64,000 nt of DNA from Antedon mediterranea (lineage: Eukaryota; Animalia; Echinodermata): the NCBI RefSeq assembly GCF_964355755.1, contig NC_092679.1:22489432-22553431 (forward strand). The letters are read 5' to 3'. The notes beneath the pieces are model-generated. The model saw nothing but the letters and a program-made list of their open reading frames with translations, did not search any database and had not been told where the DNA came from. The first letter of the stretch is position 1. Each line of letters opens with the position of its first letter. This document shows positions 52,501 through 64,000 of this stretch, piece by piece. The position numbers and the translations under genes are program-made.

Positions 52501-55500
52501 TTACAACCCTGGCACTAGGTCGGGATTGAACTCTGGGATAGGAAAGCAAGCATGTTAGCCACCAAGCTACACCTCCACTACTTTTTGTTCTTTATTCTGC
52601 AGTTTCTTTCTCACCTTTTCTCTTTCTAATTTCTTCTTCTCCTTCGTTTCTTCATGAATTTTTTTCTGTTCTTCTTTCTTCACTGCCTTTTCTTCTGCTC
52701 TTTGTTTCTTGATGGCTTCTCTCATAGCCAACTTGATTGCATTCTCTTGTTCTTTCATTTTCAGTTTCTGTTCTTTCAATAACGCTCGTTCTTCAGCTGT
52801 TAAATTTATCTTCTTCATTGGTGGCGTTTCAACTAGTTTATCTTTTGTTGGGGTTTTCTTTTTCACTTTTTTTTTAAATAAACATTTTAAACAGATAATT
52901 TTTGGATTTAGGAATAACTTTCCGATAAAAGAGTGTAGATTGGAAGTTAAACATTTAAATATTTTCTCTTTTTACAAGGGTCATTTTATGCATGCAGAAC
53001 AGGACCTACAAATTGTAAAATGTGAAGTGAACTTATAACCTAATGTTCTATTGTATTAAATATTGGCGATACCTATGCTACATTAATGAGGTAATCCAGA
53101 TTAATATGAGAGTTATGGCTTCAAATTAGCCTAGGCAAAAGGCATTCAAATATTTTTAGGCTGGCTGAAAGGCTTGGAATGTTACTGTCCCCTCCCACCA
53201 CCAGCTGGCCTAATTACACCCTTCAGACTACTGTAGAACATCTAGGCATTTTAAGTGGACACTCGATCATACATATACTGTTTAAAATGGTTGATGTTTT
53301 ATTCAAACAAACAACTAATTAAATGCTTATATGGTAATACAGTACCTTCAGGTGTCTTGGCTTTCTTAGTTGTTTTGGGGCTTATAGATTTCTTTTTGGT
53401 TGCTGAATGACTACCTGGTGGTGCCTTCTTGGCTACTGTGCTTTTGAAATCTGGTAATGGTCCAGAAAAGATTGAACTAAACTGCTTTTCATGTAATTTG
53501 AACCTCTGAATGTATTTTGGCTAAAAAAAAGGATAACAATATAATAATTCCACAACTATAAATAAAACAATGAAAGTAGTGATCATTACAAGTATATCAA
53601 AATTTGTCAACAAAAATCATGAGTTCATATGAGTCCATACATATATTACGCGATTTGAACCATTTGCGCAATTTCAAACAACAATAAGACAAAAGCATGT
53701 AAACGACAAATAATCTTTCTCACCTTGACAGTCCAATGTGAGTCAATAATTTCACAATGTTGTCTCAAATATAACTTATTTTTGTCTCTTGTGTAAAGGC
53801 CTTTTCGACGACTATGAAAACACAAAGCAATTGAATCATTTAAATAAATCGTGGTAGTTAACATAATATTCTTGTTTGACAACCTGGGTTCAAGTTCTTA
53901 TGATGTCTTATAATAAGAATGTTAGATGTTGGGAAGGAATAGTTTTACAGTGTAAACTCTCCTTTAGATCACCGCTATTAAGGAGACACCCTATTAAGGG
54001 GACGCTTTCCTATAAAATGAACGATCAGCAATATATGTTTTAACACAGTCAACTATTCCTGCTATTCAGGATACACTCTTATTAAGGGGACACTTGTTGG
54101 GTCCCAAGGGTGTCCCCTTAATAGGGGTTCTACTGTACTGGAAAAATTAAATGTTAATATTCACCTTATATGACTGTAATTAACATCAAACTGTACCAAG
54201 TTGCCTTTTGTTGGTACCACACTGTATACATACAATTTAGGATCAAGTGTCTCCTTTTTATATCCTTTAGTCTTCAAACTATTATAAAAAGAAAGAATTC
54301 AAGATGATCAATATCGGATACCGATCAATATCTGATATGATACCGATCAATATCTGATATGATACAGATCAATATCAAATACTAATCAATATCTGATACT
54401 AATCAATATCTGATACTTATCAATATCTGATACTGATCAATATCTGATACTGATCAATATCTGATACTAATCAACTGATACTGATCAATATCAAATACTA
54501 ATCAATATCCAATACTAATCAATATTTGATACTTATCAATATCTGATACTTATCAATATCTGATACTTATCAATATCTGATACTAATCAATATCAAATAC
54601 AAATCAATATCTCATACAAATCAATATCAAATACTAATCAATATCTGATATTGATCAATATCAAATATTTATCAATATCTGATACTGATAAATATAAAAT
54701 ACTAATCAATATCTGATACTAATCAACATCTGATATTGATCAATATCTGATGCTGATCAATATATGATACTGATTATTATCAGATACTAATGAATATCTG
54801 ATACCGATTAATATTTTAATAAAAATAAATAACATTTATACATTTTAAAATCCTGATTATTGGTCTAAGGAAAAATCAATGATTTGACCATTGGTCCTCT
54901 TCAGCTAAACCCTAGGTCATCATCAGGTACTAATGTGGTTGGCAGTATAAGACAGATTAGATTTTCTTGACCACTTTATGTTTTTTTTTTAAATTGAAAG
55001 TCAATAAAACATAAAAAAACATATACCTGTTTTTGTCATTTGAATTGTCTCCTATGACAATCACATCATCGTCATCATCATCTTCTTCTGTTAGATCAAT
55101 TACATCGTTTTGTTTGGAAGATCCATTTTGAGATGGTGCAATGACCTCTACTATACGACAGGGTTCACTAAATAGAATTAATTTTGGGGTAAAATATGCA
55201 TTATTATAGATTATTATTATTATAGAAAAAAATAAAGAAAAAATAATAAGATGATTTTAAATAATTTTAATAGAAATAACAAAACATACTGTTGAAATAT
55301 AGATGAGATAAGATTATGAAATTGTATAAACAAGTCTGACGTATGTTCACTTTATTCTTACCTAGATCCTCCTTTCTTTACATCCACAATTTCACCAATG
55401 TAAAAGCGATCACGGCTAAATACAAATACGTCATCGCACATATCACTGAGGCGCCCTCGATGAGTTAGCAAAGCAAGAAACAATATCGGCGCTTCCAGGT

Positions 55501-55997
55501 AACTCGGGAAGGTTGCCAGATGTTTTCTTGCTTTTTCCTCACTCTCCACCGCCTCCTGGTACGTAAGATTTGGCCTTCCTGTGAGGCTGCACGTCCATAC
55601 TAGACTGTTGCAGAGAATTGTTCTTTGGAAAAAATCACTATGAGAAGAAAATAGTATGAAAGACACATGTTTTTAATAGATCTAATTACACTTGTGAGTT
55701 TACAGCATATAAAAAATGGCGCACTTGCAAATACTCGTCTATGATTGGTTGTGATGGGAGATCCGTGTGTGATGAAGTATTTTTATATACCCGTACCATC
55801 ATCAATAAACTAAAAAAATGTGGAGATGTACTGGTATATTATATTTGGATAATTGTTAATACAACAACAAGTTGTTTTACTTACTCGTATTTCCTAAATA
55901 TTTCATTGGTTAATGGACACCAAAAGACTTCTTCATCAGGCTCAAAATCTTCGTTAGGCTTCTCGGGGATAAACTCTTTTCTTCGTAGCAGCGGCAT
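40546..55997 (-). CDS. BAZ1A: Bromodomain adjacent to zinc finger 1A / ACF1 (WAC, DDT, WHIM, three PHD fingers, bromodomain)
   Basis: 23 exons: 55997-55885, 55637-55362, 55167-55027, 54278-54165, 53811-53724, 53520-53346, 52865-52615, 52245-52150, 52051-51913, 51600-51358, 51022-50798, 50441-50276, 50120-49025, 48661-48477, 48344-48151, 46157-46056, 45688-45453, 45323-45031, 44128-43949, 42802-42594, 42257-41760, 41390-41230 and 40839-40546. Motifs [90 protein letters not shown] and bromodomain [11 protein letters not shown]...FTNCEQYN. Confidence 0.95.
42341..42481. mobile_element. Family-A MITE in a BAZ1A intron
   Basis: AGCTTTCTGTCCACACTATCAAAC...GTTTGATAGTGTAGACAGAGT. Confidence 0.8.
46483..46597. 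mobile_element. Family-A MITE (internally deleted)
   Basis: TAA|AGCTTTGTCTACACTATAAAAC...GTTTGATAGTGTAGACAGGGCT|TAG. Confidence 0.8.
46649..48109. mobile_element. 1461-bp non-autonomous DNA transposon, hAT-like, with 6-bp target-site duplication
   Basis: TIR CAGGGCATCA / TGATGCCCTG. TATGTC occurs at 46643-46648 and 48110-48115. Subterminal AGGAG(A/C)GC / GC(T/G)CTCCT repeats are present at both ends. Confidence 0.8.
50458..50667. repeat. 21-bp minisatellite AAATATGGTAGTGATATGCCC, about 10 copies
   Basis: Direct repeat that explains the repetitive ORFs at 50086-50773. Confidence 0.95.
53948..54135. mobile_element. Family-B MITE with TA flanks
   Basis: TA|CAGTGTAAACTCTCC...GGGGTTCTACTG|TA. 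Confidence 0.7.
54305..54812. repeat. 17-bp minisatellite ATCAATATCTGATACT(G/A/T), about 29 copies
   Basis: Direct tandem repeat in a BAZ1A intron. Confidence 0.95.
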
Positions 55998-57662
55998 CGC
56001 TATGAAAGAAAGGAAACAACAACCGGTGGATAGGTGGTGGTGCGGTACGTGAACAATGAACTCAAAATATTTAGCCTACCACTGCTTAACATTTTAACAA
56101 CAAAGTTTTAACAAAATGACATTAATTATCAAAACCCCTTCAACTTAAAGTACCAATTGTTATTATGCTACCAAGATTTTGGAGAAAATATGACAATTTT
56201 ATCGCAAAAATAGAGAAATATTACCTGCCACAGATCGTTGTGTGTCGTTTTCGAAGAACGGTTCTCGAAATTCAGTCGAGAAATTATTATGCAAGGTTGA
56301 AGCGCGCGTTCGGGTATCCCCAGAAACACAATGTGGTAGAGCAAATTCGTATCAAAAATACTCGATAACGAGTACACTGAGGAACATACAATTTACGCAA
56401 GACCTTTTTTATTATTAATTCTACAAGCAAATAAAAAGAAAATTAGTATTAAACCTCATGATAATTATTTTTAAGAGGATATACCAACTGTTTTCAGATT
56501 TAGCTGAAGACTCAGCTAGTTGTAGGCGGGATTTTCCTTGGGAATCCAAAGCCATGATTGGTCAATTTCCTAAAATATCTAATGAATATTAATTTTTTAA
56601 TAGCGCCACCATGAAAAATGAAATTTTATAAGAATAAAAACTTATGTGTGCCACTAATCTATACTGTATACAGAATTGTTCTAACAACTCATTTTTATTC
56701 AAAATCAATAAGCTAAGATTACTTGATATATTCGTGAGAGCAAATACGAAAAAATGCAAAGTCCTATTACATTTGTAACGCATGACTGGTTTTAATCAAC
56801 TTCCAGGTATATTTTTAAAGTTAATTAGAGAGGCCAATCACCTGTGGTAATTAAATTAATTTAAATAATAGATGTACAATAATTCCATGTACAAAAATCG
56901 CGTAAGGTCAATTTATTATGTTGTTTTCAAAGAGATAAGTTAAGCTTTCCTTGTGTGTTATGGATTGAAGTATCATCCATACTATATTGTTAAAAACTCA
57001 ATTGTATTAATGTTTGTACAGTACTATCATGAAAAAAGCAGGCTGATCTTGCCCAACATGAAAATTATAAAGTTTGTGAATTTGTGAGTTTGGCAATATA
57101 ATATTGATTAAATTAGCGCAAGGAGTGCATGTAATATTCGTGTGGAATTCAAGGACATTTTAGGCCTGTACTTTTTAACAACAAAACGACAAATAATCTT
57201 CATTAAATACATCAACTTGGCTACAAACAATTAATAAAATAAAATAACAAATAATAACAAATAATCCAAACCATGTTATATTTTTTGGCATATGCCAACT
57301 GATAATGACGTTTAACCTGGCGTTTATAATTGCACAGAAATTTATTTTTATTTTGGCGGCAATTGCCTTTCATAACCATAAAACTAAAGTAGTGACCTTT
57401 TATTTTGACCTTTTATAAAAACAAATATTATTGTACATTTTAAAAAGCATAATGAATACTTGTTAGTAGATTATTTTGTAAATATAATAGAACAGTACTT
57501 AACTTTAATTTTAAAGCTAAAATTGTTGTATTAAAAATTATTCTAAGTGAAAATAAATGTTATAAAGTGAACTTGTATTGTTCATGTCTTACCGATTCCG
57601 CGCGAAACTTACGAAGTAAACAAACCGTACACTAAATTAACTTACTGCAAAGTTTGGTTAAA
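55998..57662. promoter_or_regulatory. Divergent promoter region between BAZ1A and POLE2
   Basis: The start codons face away from each other 1.67 kb apart. E2F-like GGCGGGA (about 56525), TTTGGCGGC (about 57352) and CGCGAAA (about 57601), and CCAAT/ATTGG boxes (about 56557, 56834). Confidence 0.55.
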
Positions 57663-60600
57663 ATGACGTCTAAGATGAAACCACTCATAATTTCAACTTT
57701 TAAAATGAATGGATTATCACTTAGAAGGTAAGAAGTAACTATATTGATAGCAAGCAATGCGATATTCCATCATGTCAAGCTAGGCCTAGCTAGCAGTAGC
57801 AAAACATTCAACAATCAACATTTAGGCCTACCTAGCTACTAGGCTAGGGGCTATATAGGCTATGCCCTAGGCCTATCCAGAATCCAACAAAACAACCTCC
57901 CTGCCTAGACCGTTCCCTGGACCCTGCCTTGACGGTGCGGCCTAGCAATTGTAATGCCTATCTATGTCTGCAATATACATTAGTACCTAATTACTGGTGT
58001 CTGATATGAATAAATAATTATTAATATTAATATAAAATATAGAATAGGCCTATTTGTGAAATCCAATTCTTTAATTAATAATAATAGATAATATATTTTT
58101 GTAAAATATTTATTTGTTTAAAATAATTATTATATTTTAGGCTTATTAGTATTCGGCCTAATATTTTTTTCTTTTTAAGTTATAATATTTGATTGTATAG
58201 GCTAGCATTAATTATTTAAATAAAATTGTTAAAAATGATATCATATCATGGTATTTTAATTCATAATTTTATGTTAATTTTATGTTTTTAGTGATGCGAG
58301 TAAAATGTTAGTCGACGTACTAAATCCACTGAATGAGGATGAGCGAACGGAATGGCTTGATAAAATAATAGACTGTATTCAAAAACAACAATGTAAGCTC
58401 TTAAATATAAATATAAATTTTAATAAATCAATGAATGTTCAAATATAAGTTAAATTATTATTTATTTCCCAATAAAATGAAAATGTATTTTAAGGTGAGT
58501 CTACACTATCAAACTGTATGTGACAAAAAAATGACCATATATGGGCATGATGATATCATATCACTGCCATATTGTGGCACATCACACTTTTTTTGTCAAA
58601 CTAGTTTGATAGTGTAGACCAAAACATTTCTTCATGTTCCTGTGATGCTAATTCATTTTGTTATTTTAGTAAACACTGCAATGATTGGTCGATCTGAAGT
58701 TGAAGCAGCCATTGAGGAGTGTAATGAAGATGCCGAAGAGGAGTCGGACAAAATTCTATCAGTTATCGATGCGTTTAATATTCCAATGTTTACATATAAC
58801 AATGAGCGTAAAAAATTGCTATTGTAAGTAAAGTACTGACGCAAGTACAAAAGACCTACCAGTAAAATAACAAACTGGGCATCTGCCTAACGCAGTGGTA
58901 ATCCCTTACAAAAGACCTACCAGTAAAATAACAAACTGGGCATCTGCCTAATGCAGTGGTAATCCCTTACAAAAGACCTACCAGTAAAATAACAAACTGG
59001 ACATCTGCCTAATGCAGTGGTAATCCCTTACAAAAGACCTACTACCAGTAAAATAACAAACTGGGCATCTGCCTAATCCAGTGGTAATCCCTTACAAAAG
59101 ACCTACCAGTAAAATAACAAACTGGACATCTGCCTAATGCAGTGGTAATCCCTTACAAAAGACCTACTACCAGTAAAATAACAAACTGGGCATCTGCCTA
59201 ATCCAGTGGTAATCCCTTACAAAAGACCTACCAGTAAAATAACAAACTGGGCATCTGCCTAACGCAGTGGTAATCCCTTACAAAAGACCTACCAGTAAAA
59301 TAACAAACTGGGCATCTGCCTAACGCAGTGGTAATCCCTTACAAAAGACCTACCAGTAAAATAACAAACTGGGCATCTGCCTAACGCAGTGGTAATCCCT
59401 TACAAAAGACCTACCAGTAAAATAACAAACTGGGCATCTGCCTAACGCAGTGGTAATCCCTTACAAAAGACCTACCAGTAAAATAACAAACTGGGCATCT
59501 GCCTAACGCAGTGGTAATCCCTTACAAAAGACCTACCAGTAAAATAACAAACTGGGCGTCTGCCTAACGCAGTGGTAATCCCTTACAAAAGACCTACCAG
59601 TAAAATAACAAACTGAGCATCTGCCTAACGCAGTGGTAATCCCTTACAAAAGACCTACCAGTAAAATAACAAACTGGGCATCTGCCTAATCCAGTGGTAA
59701 TCCCTTATTAATTAAACTGACTGTTAAACTGAACCTAACCCCTAAAAAATAGACCAAAACATTAGCATTATTATTTATACTATACTATATCGATTTATAA
59801 AGAAAGACCAAAGCGCTGTACAATAATTATTTTGTATTATAATTTTGATGGCTATTCTATTAATTGAAATTTATTAAAATAAATCAAAACTAAATTATTA
59901 TTATAAATCTCATTACATATTAATTATTAATGGACACAATATTTAAAAATATTTCTTTGTAGAAACAAACGTTTACCAAGTCTGCATGGTAAGGCAAAAG
60001 ACAAAGCAAATTTGTTTTCAGAACGATATACAATTCTACACCAAAGAACGAGTAGACATAATTTATTTACCCCACCTGTTCTAGGTTCGTTACCAGAAGA
60101 AAAATCACACAAGTTCCAAGTAAGAATTCTTGTTGCCTTTACTAAATGACTAAAACCAAGCCTGTAGCCAGGGGAGGGTGTTCAAAGGTTGGAACTCTTT
60201 TTCATTAAGTGCCCTTGTAACTCAGTCTAATGATCTCCAAAAGTGGCTATTTTTCTCTAGATCTCTGGTTGTATAGCCCGTGTCTTCTGGTCAATATGTC
60301 ATGATAGGTCTTCCCACCTTTCTCTGGTCTCCAGGAAAAGTGATCATAAATTGGCTTTACTAACTTACATTTGTTCCCCATTAAAAAAAGGAAACCCTGT
60401 AAAAACCATAACTACAGGCTTGAGTTCGTCTTGATAACTTTTTAATTTGCTTATTTTTAAATTTTTTTAATCTATTTTAGTTGAAACCAGTTGAGTATTT
60501 ACTTGGAAGCTCCTCAAAATTAGGAGAAATAATCGTTCTAGGGATGCTAACTCAAATTAAAGAGGTAGGTATTAGAATAAATATAATCTAACTTATCAAT

Positions 60601-63600
60601 ATACACACCATTGAGCCTATACTTTTGTTGCATAATAAGGGAATGACTGGAAACTCAATAAAAGAAAATTAAGATTCTTACTGTATGACCTCATTTACTT
60701 GCTTGTTGGCGCCAACTTTTTACTTTGATTCTTTTTCAGGGAAAATATCATTTAGAAGATCCTACTGGAGCAGTGGAACTTGATCTCAGTAAAGCAATAT
60801 CCTTTAACATAATACATTTTGTTCAAGGGTTATTTCAGGTTTATCATCATTGATTAATTGGAGACAAAATAGATGCCAAACTTGCCCCAGCTGAGCAAAA
60901 ATTAAACCCAAAACGTGGGACCTTGCATGAATATCCAGTATTGTTTGTGTTATTCCTTTAACCACTCAGCACCAGTTTCATAGTGGTTTATTCACAGAGA
61001 GTTGTTTTGTACTTGCTGAGGGTTGGTATGAGGATGAGGTGTTTCATATCAATGCATTCGGCTTTCCACCATCAGAACCAAACGAAGTAACAAGGTATGA
61101 AAATATTTATGGGTTAAATGGAGAGAATTTTTCAAGCGCTGAAAGATTGAAAATGCTAAGCAGAGTTGAATGGGCAGTCGGGTTTTCAATGAATGAAAAT
61201 CTTCTCCCTTTTAAAAAAATACAAAGAAGAACGTATTATGAGTTGAATTGAGAGAATATTGAAATTGAAAAATTGACTGTTATATATAAATACATGTACA
61301 GTATAACCACTAATTAATTGTTTTGATTTGGAGAGAATAAACTGTATTGAAATTATATATTTACCTAGGGATTTTTTTGGCAATACAAATTTCTTTGGCG
61401 GATCATCTGCAACCTCTGTGAAATCTTCTAAGCGATTGAAAGCGATTGAACTGGATAATGAAGACGCCATGTTTGTATTTCTTTCTGAAGTCTGGCTGGA
61501 TCAACTTAAAGTCCGAGAAAAGCTACATACTTTGTTTTCAGGTCTTGCGGATATGCCACCAACTTGTTTTGTCTTTTGTGGCAATTTTACATCAACACCA
61601 TACGGCAGCAACCATGTGAAAATATTAAAAGGTTAGTTATTGGCAAATAATAGATAGTTATTTCTGGTCAGTCATTTCTATACGTTTTCCTAATAAAGGT
61701 TTTGGTATTTCAGAATCGTTACAGACGTTACAATCCATGCTACAAGAGTTTCCAAATTTACTTGAAAGCAGCAAATTTGTGTTTGTGCCCGGACCACAGG
61801 ACCCTGGACCAGGAAAGATCCTTCCCAGGTATGTACATTGTTTTATGATTTATCTCTCTTGTAAACTTGGCAGCCACTTTGAAAAGGAAACATGTCATCC
61901 GCTATTGGAATATTTCTCTATGATCCTGGCAACCCCATGCTGTTTCAGTTTTGACTGGCTTTTGCCTTCTATATGTCTTGAATTATATAATAGATAGGAT
62001 AGATCAAATAATTATATATATTCATACTAATATGTATATATATTTATATAAGTAAAACTTAAAAAAAAGAGATAAGGGAAAGGGAAGAAAAGAAGAAGAA
62101 AAGAGAGAAAGAAAAGTGAAAGAAGAAGTAAGGAAAAAAAAAATAATAATAATAATAATAATAATTGATAATAATAATTATAAATAAATAAGGGAGTCAG
62201 TTTCTCTCTGTAAAAGAATAACTAAATAGAATAATAATACACAACCAAATACAGTAGAGCTAGCAAAACAGAGTTGGAGGAGCAGAGTCTTCACATATGA
62301 AGTTGGCTCCTAATACGAAGAAGAAGAAGAAGAAAGCAAGCCAGGAACACCTGTATGTAGTGTCATTTTCAACAGCGGAAGCAATGATAAATAGGTTAAA
62401 CTATAGCCTAGCTTGAGACTTTTTATGTAAAAATCCTGGCTACAGGTTTGTTGATAGGCGTTAGTTTAAATCCTGTTGACTTTGTTCAGCAAGGTGACCC
62501 ACTCACCTATGCATATACAAAAAGTATTAAGTACTATTAACAAACAATCTGACATGGCCTTTTGTTTATTTCTATTCGTGTATTTCCCTTGTAGAGCTGC
62601 AATACCTAAATGTATAACTGAAGAGTTCTGTAAAAATATTCCTGGTGCAATATTTACTACAAATCCATGCAGGTAAGTTGTTTCAAGCTTAATAGGTGTA
62701 AGATACAAACGAACAATGTTAAAAAGTTCCTAGTGTAATATTTTCTTCAATCCTAAATTAGACTTCCATACAATATTTAGAATTTATCTTTGTTTTTGTA
62801 GGATTCAGTATTGCACGCAGGAGATGATTATTTTCCGTGAGAATATCGTCACTAAAATGTGTCGGAACTGTGTCCGTTTTCCAGAAGCGGGATCAGATAT
62901 ACCAAATCACGTAAGGAAATAAATATTTTGTAGGATATGAAAAACCCAAAGATGTTATAAATGAAAACTAGATAGACAACTCCACAATAGAATCCAAGTT
63001 AAAAATGTGTCCAACCCATGAAACCTTACATTTATATTGTCAGTTATGTTATTGTATACACAATGTAAAATATCAGAATTTATGAAAGCATAACCAAACA
63101 AGAAAGGGGGCTATACATCAAACTATAGAGAGCACTATTAAAACAATCTTATGCATCCGCATTTATAGTCAACAATGCTAGAATATGTGTTGAGAAGACT
63201 TATCTTTTGCCTGTTATGCCATATTTAGAACCTAAATAATAAATTTACATTAGCCCACTGGTCCGCTGCGGAGTACTACTCCTGCGTCCAGTAATGATGT
63301 CATAGTACGTCTGCATCCAGGTCTGACTGTAATGCTATCCATGTTTTTATTTACAGTTTGTGAAGACTGTGATATCACAGAGCCATCTTTGTCCCCTCCC
63401 TCTTCATGTGGCACCCATATACTGGAGTTATGATTCGGCCCTGCGCCTTTATCCCCTTCCTGATCTGGTTGTGTTTGGTGATAAATGTGATCCCTTCACC
63501 AAAACCAACACAAACTGCATATGTGTCAACACTGTAAGTTTGAATTCTTATATTTTAAAAGCTTTAATAATAATTTTTCTACAAAATAATTTAACGTTAA

Positions 63601-63944
63601 ATATTTCACAATATTTCAAGAGGGTGACCCAGCTAGTTTTAGCTGATTTCTTGAGGTCCTCAAAACAAAAGTGAAGTTGTCATTCTCAGCAATCTATTAT
63701 TTCACCTCCTATTGCCATTTTTTGTACATTTTATATTGGGTTTTTTTCTGACAATAACAGTAAAATATAATATATGAAAAGTAAAGATGGAATATAGTAA
63801 AATAGATATATCCAAATCTATGCAAAATCATTTAATTTAACTTTTTACATTTTTTTTCAGGGTTCTTTCTCAAATGGTGGCTACTGTTTTAAAGTCTACT
63901 ACCCAAAAACAAAAGAAGTTGAAGACAGTAAAATTGATGAGTAA
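57663..63944 (+). CDS. POLE2: DNA polymerase epsilon subunit 2 (B subunit)
   Basis: 13 exons: 57663-57727, 58292-58392, 58670-58823, 59963-60119, 60481-60564, 60740-60796, 60973-61094, 61369-61631, 61714-61828, 62595-62672, 62802-62910, 63357-63533 and 63861-63944. Motifs [28 protein letters not shown]|[41 protein letters not shown] and LYPLPDLVV. Confidence 0.96.
58493..58620. mobile_element. Family-A MITE in POLE2 intron 2
   Basis: GTCTACACTATCAAAC...GTTTGATAGTGTAGAC. Confidence 0.8.
58847..59706. repeat. 61-bp tandem repeat, about 14 near-identical copies, in POLE2 intron 3
   Basis: Unit TACAAAAGACCTACCAGTAAAATAACAAACTGGGCATCTGCCTAACGCAGTGGTAATCCCT. Two copies carry an extra CTA. Confidence 0.97.
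60157..60422. mobile_element. Short TIR element (CAAGCCTGTAG...CTACAGGCTTG); related ends at about 35923 and about 62435
   Basis: 11-bp perfect terminal inverted repeat, no clear TSD. Confidence 0.45.
60797..60972 (+). other. U12-type AT-AC intron in POLE2
   Basis: 5' ATATCCTTT, branch-like TTCCTTTAAC at 60953-60962, 3' ...CAGCAC. Removal restores the conserved DLSKA|QFHSGL. Confidence 0.92.
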
Positions 63945-64000
63945 ACAAATATATATTAGGCTTGAATGAAAAAATATATATCTGCAACCCAGGAACTATG

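Noticed and set aside
58847-59706. Possible CRISPR array
   Set aside because: There are no unique spacers; it is a pure tandem repeat.

Overview
This is AT-rich animal nuclear DNA with short spliceosomal introns, probably from a marine invertebrate deuterostome such as an echinoderm (inference only). I read six intact protein-coding genes by hand. They are DCAF4 (minus strand, 5' part, runs off the left edge), an unrecognised 12-exon gene of about 562 aa (minus), an intronless LACTB2 (+), ATG14 (+, 11 exons), BAZ1A/ACF1 (minus, 23 exons) and POLE2 (+, 13 exons, head-to-head with BAZ1A). Between about 2.5 and 11.3 kb lies an accessory island with a decayed multi-exon gene, tandem repeats, hairpins and a nested inverted-repeat structure. 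Several MITE and non-autonomous DNA transposon families and minisatellites occupy introns. Highlights: two AT-AC (U12) introns; a BAZ1A with three PHD fingers, one on a symmetric 180-nt exon; an in-frame duplicated splice acceptor; four genes whose human orthologs all lie on chr14, interrupted by an intronless LACTB2; and many short, protein-like, compositionally distinct inserts in introns that may be endogenised viral or mRNA fragments. All models come from reading the sequence by eye; no database search was possible.
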